DNA of 64,000 nucleotides, from positions 3,233-67,232 of the forward strand of contig CAUZHA010000007.1 of the NCBI GenBank assembly GCA_963579555.1, written 5' to 3'. This document shows, one piece after another, positions 17,333 through 26,170 of this stretch. The DNA is from Planctomycetes bacterium UBA1146 (lineage in GTDB: Bacteria > Planctomycetota > UBA8108). A model generated the notes under the pieces. It was not told where the DNA came from. It ran no database searches and worked only from the letters and a program-made list of their open reading frames with translations. Each line of letters starts with the position of its first letter. Position 1 is the stretch's first letter. Position numbers and translations under genes: made by a program.

Positions 17333-20300
17333 ATGCGGGGAGCAACCGAGGCGTATGGCAAAGCTTACGACTGCTGGTCAGAGATAGAGAGTCTGGCTGT
17401 AAAACTCGCAGAGCCGAGCTTGAAGCAGGCCTCGAGGGCTCGTCGCCTTAATCTGGCGGTCAGTATGCTTGATTCGAATGAATTCAGCGTCCTGGCTAAG
17501 GGTGGCGACGACCCTCGGAGGGCTCCTGTTCTGGTTACCAGGGCCGGGCGGGAGATCGATGGGAAGGAGCTGGGAGAGATCATCAGGATCCTCTCGCTCG
17601 TTCGCCAGCGTTATCCTCTCCAGCACAATGCCGAGGCCCGGGATCTCCCACTGGTCTACGAGGCACTGGCGGTATTGCACGGTATTCACGGTGACAGCAT
17701 CCAGCAGCGGGCGGATGCGCGTTTTCGAAAAGCCCTCGCCGCCATCGAGGCGAGCTCGCGGTCTTCCCCCGAAGGAATCGCCGCGGCGATCAGGCTCCGA
17801 TTCATGCTGCGTGATTTCAAGGGGGCGTGGAATTATTCGAATCTTCATCAAGGCCTTCTTGAAAAGGCAGACCGGGGTACCCGCCTTCGTACTCTCGGTC
17901 TGCTGGCCCGGGCCGTGGAGTTTCTCGGCTACGGCGACAGGCTCCTCTCCATCAGGGAGCAGATTACAGCCCTGGGGGGCAAGGCGGAGCAGGCACCAAG
18001 GCCGCGTTCCCGTTTTGCCGGGCTCGCGGTCGGCTCGCGCGCTGAGCTGACCCTGGTCACCAGCGGGCTGGTCCGCCTGCTCGCCTCCTGTGAATTACGA
18101 AAGAGGGACAGGGCTCTCCTGGCCTTTATCGCCTCCCTGCCCGCTCTCGAGTTGGGAGAGTACGCGTTGGCCAGGGAGCTGCTTGAAGTTGATCTCGAGG
18201 GGATTGGATATCCCTGGCTGGAGGCCGCGGTCACTTCCCGAGCGGGTATGGCCTGCGAACTGCTGGGTGATTTTGAGGGGGCGCTCCATTCGCTGAAGCG
18301 AGCCCGCGCGCTGGCTGTCGCCGCCGGGGCAGCAGCCTTTGTCGCGCGGCTTGACCTGAACGAGGCCGCGGTGCTCATGGCGCTGGGAAAGCCGGTCGAT
18401 GCGGGTGAGCGGGCCCGGGGGCTGGTGAGAAGCCCCGCTGCTTCCCTCGAGGTCAGGATCAGGGCGCGCATACTGATGGGAGCGGCGCTGTATGAGCGGG
18501 GAAGAAGTGAGCCGGAACGTCTGGCCCAGGCCCTGAGGGTCTTCCTGACCGTGGATCGTGAGCTGAACGCCGATGCGGCGAGAAAGCTGCCGGGGAAGCT
18601 GGAGCTGGAGCTGACCAACTCGATCTACAAGGCCAACATCCTGCGCAAGCAGGCCCAGGCCCTTGGTGGCAAAGAAAAGACCGACAGGTATCGCAAGGCG
18701 ATCAGCCTGCAGGACGATGCCATGCGGCGCGCCGGAGAGGCCGGGAATACCAGGCTTTCGGCTATCGCCGGCTCCAATCTCGGGGAGCTTTACCTCGAGT
18801 CAGGATCTTATGAAAGCGCGGAGAAGTTTACCCGGTGGGCGCTCGACAGGGCGGTTGATTCCGGGCAGTTTGAGACCCAGTGGAGATGCCACTGGTATCT
18901 CGCCCGCATAGCCGAGAAGATGGGGCGAAGAGGTGAGGCTGAAAAGGCCCTGGGCGAGGCGGTTCGGATTGTGGAATCCTACCGTGCGAGGATCCTGGAC
19001 GTGGAGTCAAAGACAGGCTTCATGACCGACAAGATGGATATGTACCGCTATCTCGTTCGTCGTGAAATGAACGGAGGGCGAGCTGCCCGCGCCCTGGAGT
19101 TCGCGGAGCGTTCACGAGCTCGCGCCCTGGTCGAATCCATGGGCTGGAGGTTCGTCACGCTGGCTGAACCCAACGGCAGCAGGCTCTATCGCCAGTATGT
19201 TTCACTCAACGGCAGGGCAAACCTTTCCGGGGGCGGTGGAGCGATGAGCCTGCTCGGGGTCAGGGGGGCGCGTGAAGATTTCAATGCCCTGCGCGAGCGT
19301 CTGGCGGCAGTCAAGCAGAGGCTCCAGCTCGCGGCGCTCAAGCAGCCTCTGCTCGGGATGCTGGTAGATGGGGCACCCGCTACGGCGGCCGAGATCATGG
19401 CGGAATTGCCTGCGGATACAGCCTTGCTGGAATACTTCTCGCTGGGCGATTCCCTGGTTGTCTTCCTGGTCCAGGATGGGGAGGTGGCCGTGGCCGAGTT
19501 GAAGGTGAGTCCTCTCGATCTGGCGGATACAGTTCGGCGTTATCTTGCCGGTTCTGCCGCGGACCAGGCGCTCTCCAGCCAGCTCTACAAGGAGCTCCTG
19601 TCTCCCATCGCGGCGCGGGTGAAGAAATCACGCGTCCTGATCATTCCCCATGGCGTTCTTCACAGGCTGCCGTTTGAAACCCTTACGGGGCCGGAGGGTC
19701 TCCAGGTTGAGAGATGGACCATCTCGTATCTCCAGAGCGCGAGCCTGCTGAGGTATCTTCGTTTGAACTCGGTGCGAGGCGGAGCCGGGGGGCCCAGCGT
19801 TGGGCGGAAGCCGCTCAAGCTGCTCGCCCTTGCTGATCCGGACACCGATTACGACCGGGACGGAAAGCCGAATAAGGTGAGCCTGGTACACGCCCGCAAT
19901 GAGGTCGCGGCTTTTTCTCCCGGCTTCCGTGAGAGTGTCGTGTTGAGCGGCATCCAGGCCAAGGAGAGCGTCATTGCAGCGCTGTCGAGGGGGCAGGATG
20001 TTATTCACTTCGCCTGCCACGGCGAGTTCTATCCCGCCAGGCCATGGGAGTCGACCCTGTTTCTCGCTCCGGGCGGGGAGGGCGCGAGGACCAGCTCGCA
20101 AGATGGCAGGTTGAAGGCCTGGGAGATCTACGCGATGGATCTGAAGGGAAACCGGCTGGTGACTCTCTCCGGCTGCGAGACGGGCCGAAATGAAATCCAG
20201 GGAGGAGATGATCCAGTCGGGCTTGCTGCCGCTTTTCTGCATTGCGGAGCCGGGGCCCTGCTGGTGAGCCTCTGGAAGGTGGAGGATGAGGCAACTGCTG

Positions 20301-20446
20301 AGTTGATGAGCTTGTTTTACGATCATTGGATTCGCCATGGCAGGGATCGTGTCGATGCATTGCGACAGGCGAAGCTCGCGATGTTGAAGGGAAAATACAG
20401 TCACCCGCGTCAGTGGGCGGCCTTCGTATTCGTCGGAGACCGTTGA
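17333..20446 (+). CDS. TPR-repeat protein with C-terminal CHAT (caspase-like HC-dyad) protease domain; longest ORF begins at 17165 but its first 56 codons lie in AT-rich non-coding-looking DNA
   Basis: Long helical/TPR-like N-region. CHAT hallmarks VIHFACHGEF (His) and LVTLSGCETGRNE (Cys), plus the LLALADPDTDYD linker typical of CHAT proteins. Confidence 0.8.
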   Translation: MRGATEAYGKAYDCWSEIESLAVKLAEPSLKQASRARRLNLAVSMLDSNEFSVLAKGGDDPRRAPVLVTRAGREIDGKELGEIIRILSLVRQRYPLQHNAEARDLPLVYEALAVLHGIHGDSIQQRADARFRKALAAIEASSRSSPEGIAAAIRLRFMLRDFKGAWNYSNLHQGLLEKADRGTRLRTLGLLARAVEFLGYGDRLLSIREQITALGGKAEQAPRPRSRFAGLAVGSRAELTLVTSGLVRLLASCELRKRDRALLAFIASLPALELGEYALARELLEVDLEGIGYPWLEAAVTSRAGMACELLGDFEGALHSLKRARALAVAAGAAAFVARLDLNEAAVLMALGKPVDAGERARGLVRSPAASLEVRIRARILMGAALYERGRSEPERLAQALRVFLTVDRELNADAARKLPGKLELELTNSIYKANILRKQAQALGGKEKTDRYRKAISLQDDAMRRAGEAGNTRLSAIAGSNLGELYLESGSYESAEKFTRWALDRAVDSGQFETQWRCHWYLARIAEKMGRRGEAEKALGEAVRIVESYRARILDVESKTGFMTDKMDMYRYLVRREMNGGRAARALEFAERSRARALVESMGWRFVTLAEPNGSRLYRQYVSLNGRANLSGGGGAMSLLGVRGAREDFNALRERLAAVKQRLQLAALKQPLLGMLVDGAPATAAEIMAELPADTALLEYFSLGDSLVVFLVQDGEVAVAELKVSPLDLADTVRRYLAGSAADQALSSQLYKELLSPIAARVKKSRVLIIPHGVLHRLPFETLTGPEGLQVERWTISYLQSASLLRYLRLNSVRGGAGGPSVGRKPLKLLALADPDTDYDRDGKPNKVSLVHARNEVAAFSPGFRESVVLSGIQAKESVIAALSRGQDVIHFACHGEFYPARPWESTLFLAPGGEGARTSSQDGRLKAWEIYAMDLKGNRLVTLSGCETGRNEIQGGDDPVGLAAAFLHCGAGALLVSLWKVEDEATAELMSLFYDHWIRHGRDRVDALRQAKLAMLKGKYSHPRQWAAFVFVGDR

Positions 20447-20482
20447 TCATGTGTTTGAAGGCCGCCTGCGGGTGAAAGGAAT

Positions 20483-23400
20483 ATGAAAGTGAAGAGAGCC
20501 AAGGAACTTAGAATGGACACCAGAGGAACGAATTCTCCAGGCTGGTTCGGAGTGTTTTTTCTGCTTTGCGCGATAGCGGGCGGAATCGTAGTCAGCTGCA
20601 AAACTACCGAGCCTCCAGCCGGAGCGCAGAAAGATGAAAGCACCGCGCTCCAGCGGTCATCCGAAAAGCCGGTCGTTGGGGAAGCACCCATTGAGCCGAG
20701 GGCTGTTGTCGAAACAGGTCAAGGGGAGGGCGAGGCGCCGCCCGCCATTGAGGACGGGCTGATTGTCGAGCAAGCTCCGGTCCCTCCGTCAGCGATCGAG
20801 AAGGAGGCGGCTCCAGGGCCAGCTCCGGCCGCTCCGCCGGTCGCTGAGGTCAGCGAGGTCGCTGATGTTCCCACCGCAACCGGACCGGAAATCGTCGACA
20901 CGGCTGACTCGCCGCTGGCGGATAGCCGCGCCCTGGCGCTCCTGGATGAGCTGAATCTTCATCGACCGGCTGTTTTACCCGGCAAGCCTGCTGCCTCGCC
21001 GCCGCGGAAAAAAAAGAGCGAGCCTGCTGAGGGCCCGTCCGCAGCGAACGAAGCTGCCGAAGCGGTCAAGGTGCCGGCGCCGGTTGTCGAGTCTCCCAGG
21101 CCAGAGCCCCCGGCTGGGAACGAGGTGGAGATTCCGGAGATCAACAAAGATGTCCTGGATGCGCTGAACAGGCTGAAGGCTGCGCGGGGGAAGGCTGCTT
21201 CAGATCCCGAGAGCGCGGCGGTGCCGGGAGTTTCACCCGAGGAGAAGAAGGCGCCTCCCGTTTCCGAGCCGGCCCCGGCGGCAGGGGAGCGGAAGGAAGA
21301 GCCGGTTCTCCGCGGCGGCGAGCCCGCGCCCAAACCCGCCCCGGTCCCTGTGAAGGCTGAGCCCGCGCCCGAGCCTGCTCCTCGCCCCCAGGGCTATATC
21401 ACCTTCAAGACCCTCTTTCACAAGGGCGCCACCGAGGCGATCAGTTTTGTTGAGAACGTCAAGCCGGACTGGATCGAGAAAGGCCACCTGAGCAAGGTCG
21501 AGGGAAAGACACACTCTCTGGTGATCTTCGGAGAGACAGATGCTCCCACAGATCCGCTTACCCTTAAGATCGTGGATATGCTCGATCGCTATGACCAGCT
21601 CGACCTTGAAATCAAACGTGAGGTTCTGCGGCCGAAGTATGTAGGCGCCCGCCTGGCGATGGACGCCCTGCTGATGTCGGGCATCTGCAATGTGTGGCAG
21701 CTTACTCCATCAAGCGACGCTCTGACCTGGAAGGAAGGGACCAAGCAGAGGACCTTGTCGCGCACGACCGAGATGTATGTAGAGAAGGGCGGCGGTAGCG
21801 CCAATTCGCCATTGTCCGCGGCTCCGAAGATCCCGTTCGTCTACGACATGCCGAGCAAGGACGCGGTCACAATGCCCACAGGCTATGGAGGTGACAGCAA
21901 CAATGGATCGCTGGTGATGACCTTCGACAAGGCCTCATCTACGGAGATGCGTGGAGGGATGATGACGGTCGGTACAGCTGAAGATCTCGCGAAGATCAGG
22001 GCTTTCGTTGAGACCATCGATGTGCCGGCCCGAAGGATCATGATCGAGGTGCAGCTGATCGAGCTCGAGGCGAATAAGCTCACCGATTTAGGTATCGATT
22101 CCGCCCAGTTCGGCGGTGGTCACATCCTCGGCTCCGCGGGTCTGCCGCTGCCCGGCGAGACTATCGTCCAGCCGGGAATTTCTGGCGCGAGCGCTGAGGG
22201 TTCCTTTGTACCCGATGTGATGAACGAGGGTCTGAAACTGCTCTTTGATGATACCAGCCTGGATATCCAGGGGAGGTTTATGGCTGCTCTGCATATGCTG
22301 GTTCGGGAGGGCGAGGCCAAGGTCCGGGCCCGGCCGAAGATCCTGACTCTCGATGACCGTGTCAGCGCTCTGCATCTCGGCCGTAATGTTCCGACCTTCA
22401 ATTCGACGGGAGTCACTCGGGATACGACCAACGGTAACCTGATCAACGAGGTCCAGAGCGTGGGTACCGTCTACTCCGGTATTACGCTTCACATTCGGCC
22501 GCGGATAACCGGCGGGAAAGATGATCGCATTGCCCTCCAGCTCGAGATCATGGACAACCAGATCGTCGGACGCCAGAGAGTTTTTGAGACGGACCTCGCA
22601 GGAATCCCTGAGGTGATCAAACGCCAGTACATCGGCGAGTGCGTAGCTCACAATCACCGTCCGATCATTCTTGGCGGGCTGATCCAGGAGCAGGAGATCG
22701 ATACGGTCAACAAGATCCCCTTCCTCTCCGATATACCCTACCTCGGGGACCTGTTCCGTCGAACAGTGACCCAAAAGGAGAGGCGGGAGGTCATCATCGT
22801 CGTGACCCCTCATATTCTCAGCGAGGAGGGGATCGATGCTTCTGCCACACCGAAAGAGAGCATGCACTTCGACACCTTCGACAGCGTTCTCTTCAATGAC
22901 CGGCATATTCTCAAGGGAGGAGATGTTCTCGGGCTTGATCCCATTAACGGCGTTCCAGCCATCGGTCCTGACGGCAAGCGTTTTACCGAGATGGACGTGG
23001 TGGACCTGACCCTCCTGAATATCGTCAAAAGAAGACAACTGGTGACCAAGCTCGAGTTGCTGAAGGATTATCTCGGTGGTGAGGAGTTGTCGAAGCTCTC
23101 CTGGATGCAGCGAAAGTGGCCGGAGGGAACCGTTCAGGACTGGCCCGAGGAAGACAAGCCGCTTTTCTTCAAGGTTGCGGCGATCTGTATCGAAAACCTG
23201 AAGGAACTGAATCCGACCATCAGCTTCGCTGAGCTGAGTCTTCCCCGCAGAGAGATCGTGCTGCCGAACTCTCCGTATAACATCAGCCTGTCTTACGACA
23301 AGGTCCAGCGTATACAGAGCCTTGGGCTGCAACAGGTGTTCAGGGGCGGGAGGGTCGAACTCGAGGAGGCTCATATCGAGCTGGTGCGCCGGGCCAGTGG

Positions 23401-23797
23401 GCACAGCATGAGGGCCTTCGGTGTTTTCCTTGAGCGCCAGAAGCGCAAAGACGGGGCCACCGGTCGCGAGGCCGAGGACCACGGTATCTTTAAAGATGAG
23501 TTGCTTCGTCTCCACAGCGGACTGGGCAAGGATTCCTCCGCTTTGAAGGAGCTTCCCTACACGGAACTCTTCAGCGCGATAGAGAAGGAGAACCTGTCCT
23601 TTGACAGTATCGCGACCTTTCTCGAGACGAATATGAAGGAGCGCTACGACATAGAGGGAGCTCCGGATGTGGGTGCGTTCCCGGCCGATCTGGAGGCCTT
23701 TCTGAAAACCACCGTCAGCCTGAAGAGCCGTGCGAAGAAGCTGCAGGACCTCGAAGATCGCTGGATCCTGGTGAACACCGACGAGGAGGACGAGTAA
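20483..23797 (+). CDS. Secretin (GspD/PilQ superfamily outer-membrane channel) with Pro/Ala/Glu-rich N-terminal linker and ~330-aa C-terminal extension
   Basis: N-terminal TM/signal segment (GWFGVFFLLCAIAGGIVVSC). ~280 aa low-complexity PAPEPA region. Secretin core RRIMIEVQLIELEANKLTDLGID...ILTLDDRVSALHLGRNVP...CVAHNHRPIILGGLIQEQEIDTVNKIPFLSDIPYLGDLFRRTVTQKERREVIIVVTPHIL. Confidence 0.8.
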   Translation: MKVKRAKELRMDTRGTNSPGWFGVFFLLCAIAGGIVVSCKTTEPPAGAQKDESTALQRSSEKPVVGEAPIEPRAVVETGQGEGEAPPAIEDGLIVEQAPVPPSAIEKEAAPGPAPAAPPVAEVSEVADVPTATGPEIVDTADSPLADSRALALLDELNLHRPAVLPGKPAASPPRKKKSEPAEGPSAANEAAEAVKVPAPVVESPRPEPPAGNEVEIPEINKDVLDALNRLKAARGKAASDPESAAVPGVSPEEKKAPPVSEPAPAAGERKEEPVLRGGEPAPKPAPVPVKAEPAPEPAPRPQGYITFKTLFHKGATEAISFVENVKPDWIEKGHLSKVEGKTHSLVIFGETDAPTDPLTLKIVDMLDRYDQLDLEIKREVLRPKYVGARLAMDALLMSGICNVWQLTPSSDALTWKEGTKQRTLSRTTEMYVEKGGGSANSPLSAAPKIPFVYDMPSKDAVTMPTGYGGDSNNGSLVMTFDKASSTEMRGGMMTVGTAEDLAKIRAFVETIDVPARRIMIEVQLIELEANKLTDLGIDSAQFGGGHILGSAGLPLPGETIVQPGISGASAEGSFVPDVMNEGLKLLFDDTSLDIQGRFMAALHMLVREGEAKVRARPKILTLDDRVSALHLGRNVPTFNSTGVTRDTTNGNLINEVQSVGTVYSGITLHIRPRITGGKDDRIALQLEIMDNQIVGRQRVFETDLAGIPEVIKRQYIGECVAHNHRPIILGGLIQEQEIDTVNKIPFLSDIPYLGDLFRRTVTQKERREVIIVVTPHILSEEGIDASATPKESMHFDTFDSVLFNDRHILKGGDVLGLDPINGVPAIGPDGKRFTEMDVVDLTLLNIVKRRQLVTKLELLKDYLGGEELSKLSWMQRKWPEGTVQDWPEEDKPLFFKVAAICIENLKELNPTISFAELSLPRREIVLPNSPYNISLSYDKVQRIQSLGLQQVFRGGRVELEEAHIELVRRASGHSMRAFGVFLERQKRKDGATGREAEDHGIFKDELLRLHSGLGKDSSALKELPYTELFSAIEKENLSFDSIATFLETNMKERYDIEGAPDVGAFPADLEAFLKTTVSLKSRAKKLQDLEDRWILVNTDEEDE

Positions 23798-24558
23798 TGG
23801 TCCGTTTCCGGACGCTATGGCCGGCACTCCTTGCGATCACTGTGCTGGGCGGCTGCTCCTCGACGCCTGAAGAAAAGCTGACTCCTACCGATTGGTTGCG
23901 GGAGAACTCAAGTGTGCTGCGAGATCTCGAGAGCTTCGAGAAGGGGCGTCAACAGCGGGCGGTAGTCCGTCTCAAAAGCCTCGGGGCTGATCGAGGCGGC
24001 GCCGTGGTGGTCGCCTTGCTGGCGGATTCCCAGATTGACTACCGAGGCGAGGTGCTCCTGGCCCGTCTTCTCGCCGATTGGAGGGACAAAAGGGGTACCA
24101 GGTACCTGTTGAAGTACCTGATGCACCAGGACCAGGGCGCTGTGGAGATTGCCAGCGAGGGGCTCCTGGCTTTTGATGGCGACCCCTTGGTTATCCGGGC
24201 CCTGCTTGAGATGCTGCAAAATCCATCAGTCCAGCAGCGGCTGGCGGCTGTGGGGGTGCTCTCTGGGATGGAGAGCGATGAGCTGATGGAGCGTTTCCCT
24301 GAGCTCTACCGAAAGGAGGGCGAGAAGCTGGTGCGGGGGGTTCTGGTGAGAACAGTCCTCCAGGGGAAGCATCCCCGCCGGGATGAGTTTCTTCTTGAGG
24401 CCTTGCTCGATGCCGACCTGGCTATCAGGGAGATGGCCTGGGGGGCATTGAAGAAGCGGGCCCGGTTGCCGGAGGTCAAATATGAACCGTCCGGGGGCGA
24501 GGCCGCCAGGGCGAAAGCCGTCAGCAGCCTGAAGCGCTGGCTTGCAGGGGACAGCTGA
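23797..24558 (+). CDS. HEAT/PBS-repeat lipoprotein, translationally coupled to the secretin gene
   Basis: Start ATG overlaps the secretin stop (TAATG). Lipobox TVLGGCSS. Repeated alpha-helical HEAT-like units (LLADSQIDYRGEVLLARLLAD..., VQQRLAAVGVLSGM..., DLAIREMAWGALKK). Confidence 0.6.
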   Translation: MVRFRTLWPALLAITVLGGCSSTPEEKLTPTDWLRENSSVLRDLESFEKGRQQRAVVRLKSLGADRGGAVVVALLADSQIDYRGEVLLARLLADWRDKRGTRYLLKYLMHQDQGAVEIASEGLLAFDGDPLVIRALLEMLQNPSVQQRLAAVGVLSGMESDELMERFPELYRKEGEKLVRGVLVRTVLQGKHPRRDEFLLEALLDADLAIREMAWGALKKRARLPEVKYEPSGGEAARAKAVSSLKRWLAGDS

Positions 24559-24698
24559 GAGGGTGGCCCCCTGGTCCAGTGGCAGGATCTATTGCTGCGT
24601 TGTTTCTTTTCAATAATCATCTATACTTACCATTCAGGTAGTGGCTGTGGTTTATGTCTGTCCGGTTTCATTGTGGTTGAGAGATCGGATGCTTCTGG

Positions 24699-25232
24699 AT
24701 GTCCAGGAGAGGGATTTCTATGAGTAACGAGGTATGGAAAGAGTTCGCGGCGCACGAGGTGACGCACAGCGTTGCGCACTATCTCACCACCATCCAGGGA
24801 CTCAGGCAGTTGAAGGGCTACGCCATACTGAAGGATGTGGCGAATGGTCTGCAGGTGACCAAGGGATCCGCGTCTGTGCAGATCAAGAATCTCAAGGAAC
24901 GAGGCCTCGTTACAGAGATCGATCGTCATCATCTCTGCCTTACCGAAGATGGCGAGAAGGTTGCCATGCAGGTGGTTTACAATCGTGGGGTGATCACGAG
25001 TTTTTTCCACAAGGTGCTTGGTCTCAATTCCGAAAGCGCTGAAATTGATGCCTGCAAAATCGAGCATCTCCTGAGTCATGAGGCCAGCGAACGACTTCTC
25101 GGCCTGGTTCAATTACTTTCCCAGGATGACCCTGTTGTGGCTGGTTTCCTGAAGAAGTTCAAGTCTTTCAAGGTTATCTGCCCAGAGCACGAAAACTGCA
25201 ACGTTTGTGAAGACGTTTGCCTGGAGGGGTAG
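24699..25232 (+). CDS. DtxR/MntR-family metal-dependent transcriptional regulator with C-terminal Cys-rich tail
   Basis: N-terminal wHTH HSVAHYLTTIQGLRQ...ILKDVANGLQVTKGSASVQIKNLKERGLV parallels DtxR/IdeR. C-terminus CPEHENCNVCEDVC is an extra Cys cluster. Confidence 0.7.
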   Translation: MSRRGISMSNEVWKEFAAHEVTHSVAHYLTTIQGLRQLKGYAILKDVANGLQVTKGSASVQIKNLKERGLVTEIDRHHLCLTEDGEKVAMQVVYNRGVITSFFHKVLGLNSESAEIDACKIEHLLSHEASERLLGLVQLLSQDDPVVAGFLKKFKSFKVICPEHENCNVCEDVCLEG

Positions 25233-25415
25233 TAAATCGATTCTAAGGGTTTGCCTCTGCCCAAATGACCGTAGCTTCGTATTGCATAACATTATGCGGT
25301 ATAAAGGCATGCGGCCTCTCTGAGAGCCCTTGAGAAAGGGTTCTCAGGCTCTTCAGGCAGCTGGTTTGAGCTACAGATCAGTAGTTTGGCTTGCAGATCT
25401 TCAGTTAGGACACAC

Positions 25416-25438
25416 AAACCCTTTAAATATAAGGGTTT
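25416..25438. promoter_or_regulatory. Perfect palindrome AAACCCTT-TAAATATA-AAGGGTTT, candidate operator between the DtxR-like and ferritin-like genes
   Basis: 8-bp inverted arms around an 8-bp AT spacer, ~130 bp upstream of the ferritin-like start codon in an otherwise GC-rich genome. Confidence 0.35.
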
Positions 25439-25567
25439 ATATCAATTAAGTGTTGAAAAGTAGCGTTCCTGGTCGAATAATACATTTGGTGTGGTAATTG
25501 ACAGGCATCCAGCCTGCTGATATGAGTTCCGCCTAATCAACACTATGAGAATCACGGAGAAGAGAGA

Positions 25568-26020
25568 ATGGATAAAGTAATCGAGTTTCTGAACAAGGCG
25601 TTGAGCATCGAATATTCAGCCGTCATCCAGTATTGCCAGCACAGCGCCCTGGTGCAGGGTATCGACCGGGCTGTTTATGAGGAATTCTTCAACGAATCAA
25701 GTGAAGAGGCCCGGGGGCATGCAAAGCTGGTCTCTGACTGGATCGTTTCTCTCGGGGGAGTGCCGACGATAGAGGCTGCGAATATCAAGCAGGCCACCTC
25801 GGTGGTGGATATGCTCCAACAGGACCTGGAAACGGAAATGGAAGCTCTCGATACCTATCGCAGCGCGCATGCGGCGGTTGCGGATAACGAGCCGATCAAG
25901 TTTATGCTCGAAGAGCAGATCATGCAGGAACAGAAGGACGTCTGGGAGATCGAGAAGTTCCTCTCGATGCACAAGATCGAGGTCAAGAGCAAGAATATCA
26001 ATCTTGCCGCCAACGACTGA
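25568..26020 (+). CDS. Ferritin-like diiron protein (bacterioferritin-like)
   Basis: 150 aa. LNKALSIEYSAVIQYCQHSA...EARGHAKLVSDWIVSLGGVP...EMEALDTYRS...MLEEQIMQEQKDVWEIEKFL parallels the Bfr four-helix bundle with E/H metal ligands. Confidence 0.7.
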   Translation: MDKVIEFLNKALSIEYSAVIQYCQHSALVQGIDRAVYEEFFNESSEEARGHAKLVSDWIVSLGGVPTIEAANIKQATSVVDMLQQDLETEMEALDTYRSAHAAVADNEPIKFMLEEQIMQEQKDVWEIEKFLSMHKIEVKSKNINLAAND

Positions 26021-26044
26021 GGAGCGAAGGCGCTCTATCCGGGA

Positions 26045-26150
26045 CGGGACCGGTCTTTCCGCGTAGGGCCGCGGGACCGGTCTTTCCGCATAGGGCCGCG
26101 GGACCGGTCTTTCCGCATAGGGCCGCGGGACCGGTCTTTCCGCGTAGGGC
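26045..26150. repeat. Tandem direct repeat, 27-bp unit x ~4 (GGGACCGGTCTTTCCGC[G/A]TAGGGCCGC)
   Basis: Units at 26045, 26072, 26099, 26126. Units 1 and 4 have G and units 2 and 3 have A at position 18. The array is intergenic, immediately after the ferritin-like stop. Confidence 0.9.
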
Positions 26151-26170
26151 CGATCGTCCAGCCAGGGCGC

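Noticed and set aside
22088-23827. 579-aa minus-strand ORF opposite the secretin gene
   Set aside because: The + strand carries unmistakable secretin motifs. The minus-frame product has no motif and GC-antisense-like composition.
24627-25112. 161-aa minus-strand ORF overlapping the DtxR-like gene
   Set aside because: The + frame has clear DtxR-family wHTH homology. The minus product is unrecognisable.
26045-26150. Possible CRISPR array
   Set aside because: The repeats are directly adjacent with no unique spacers. This is a simple tandem repeat.
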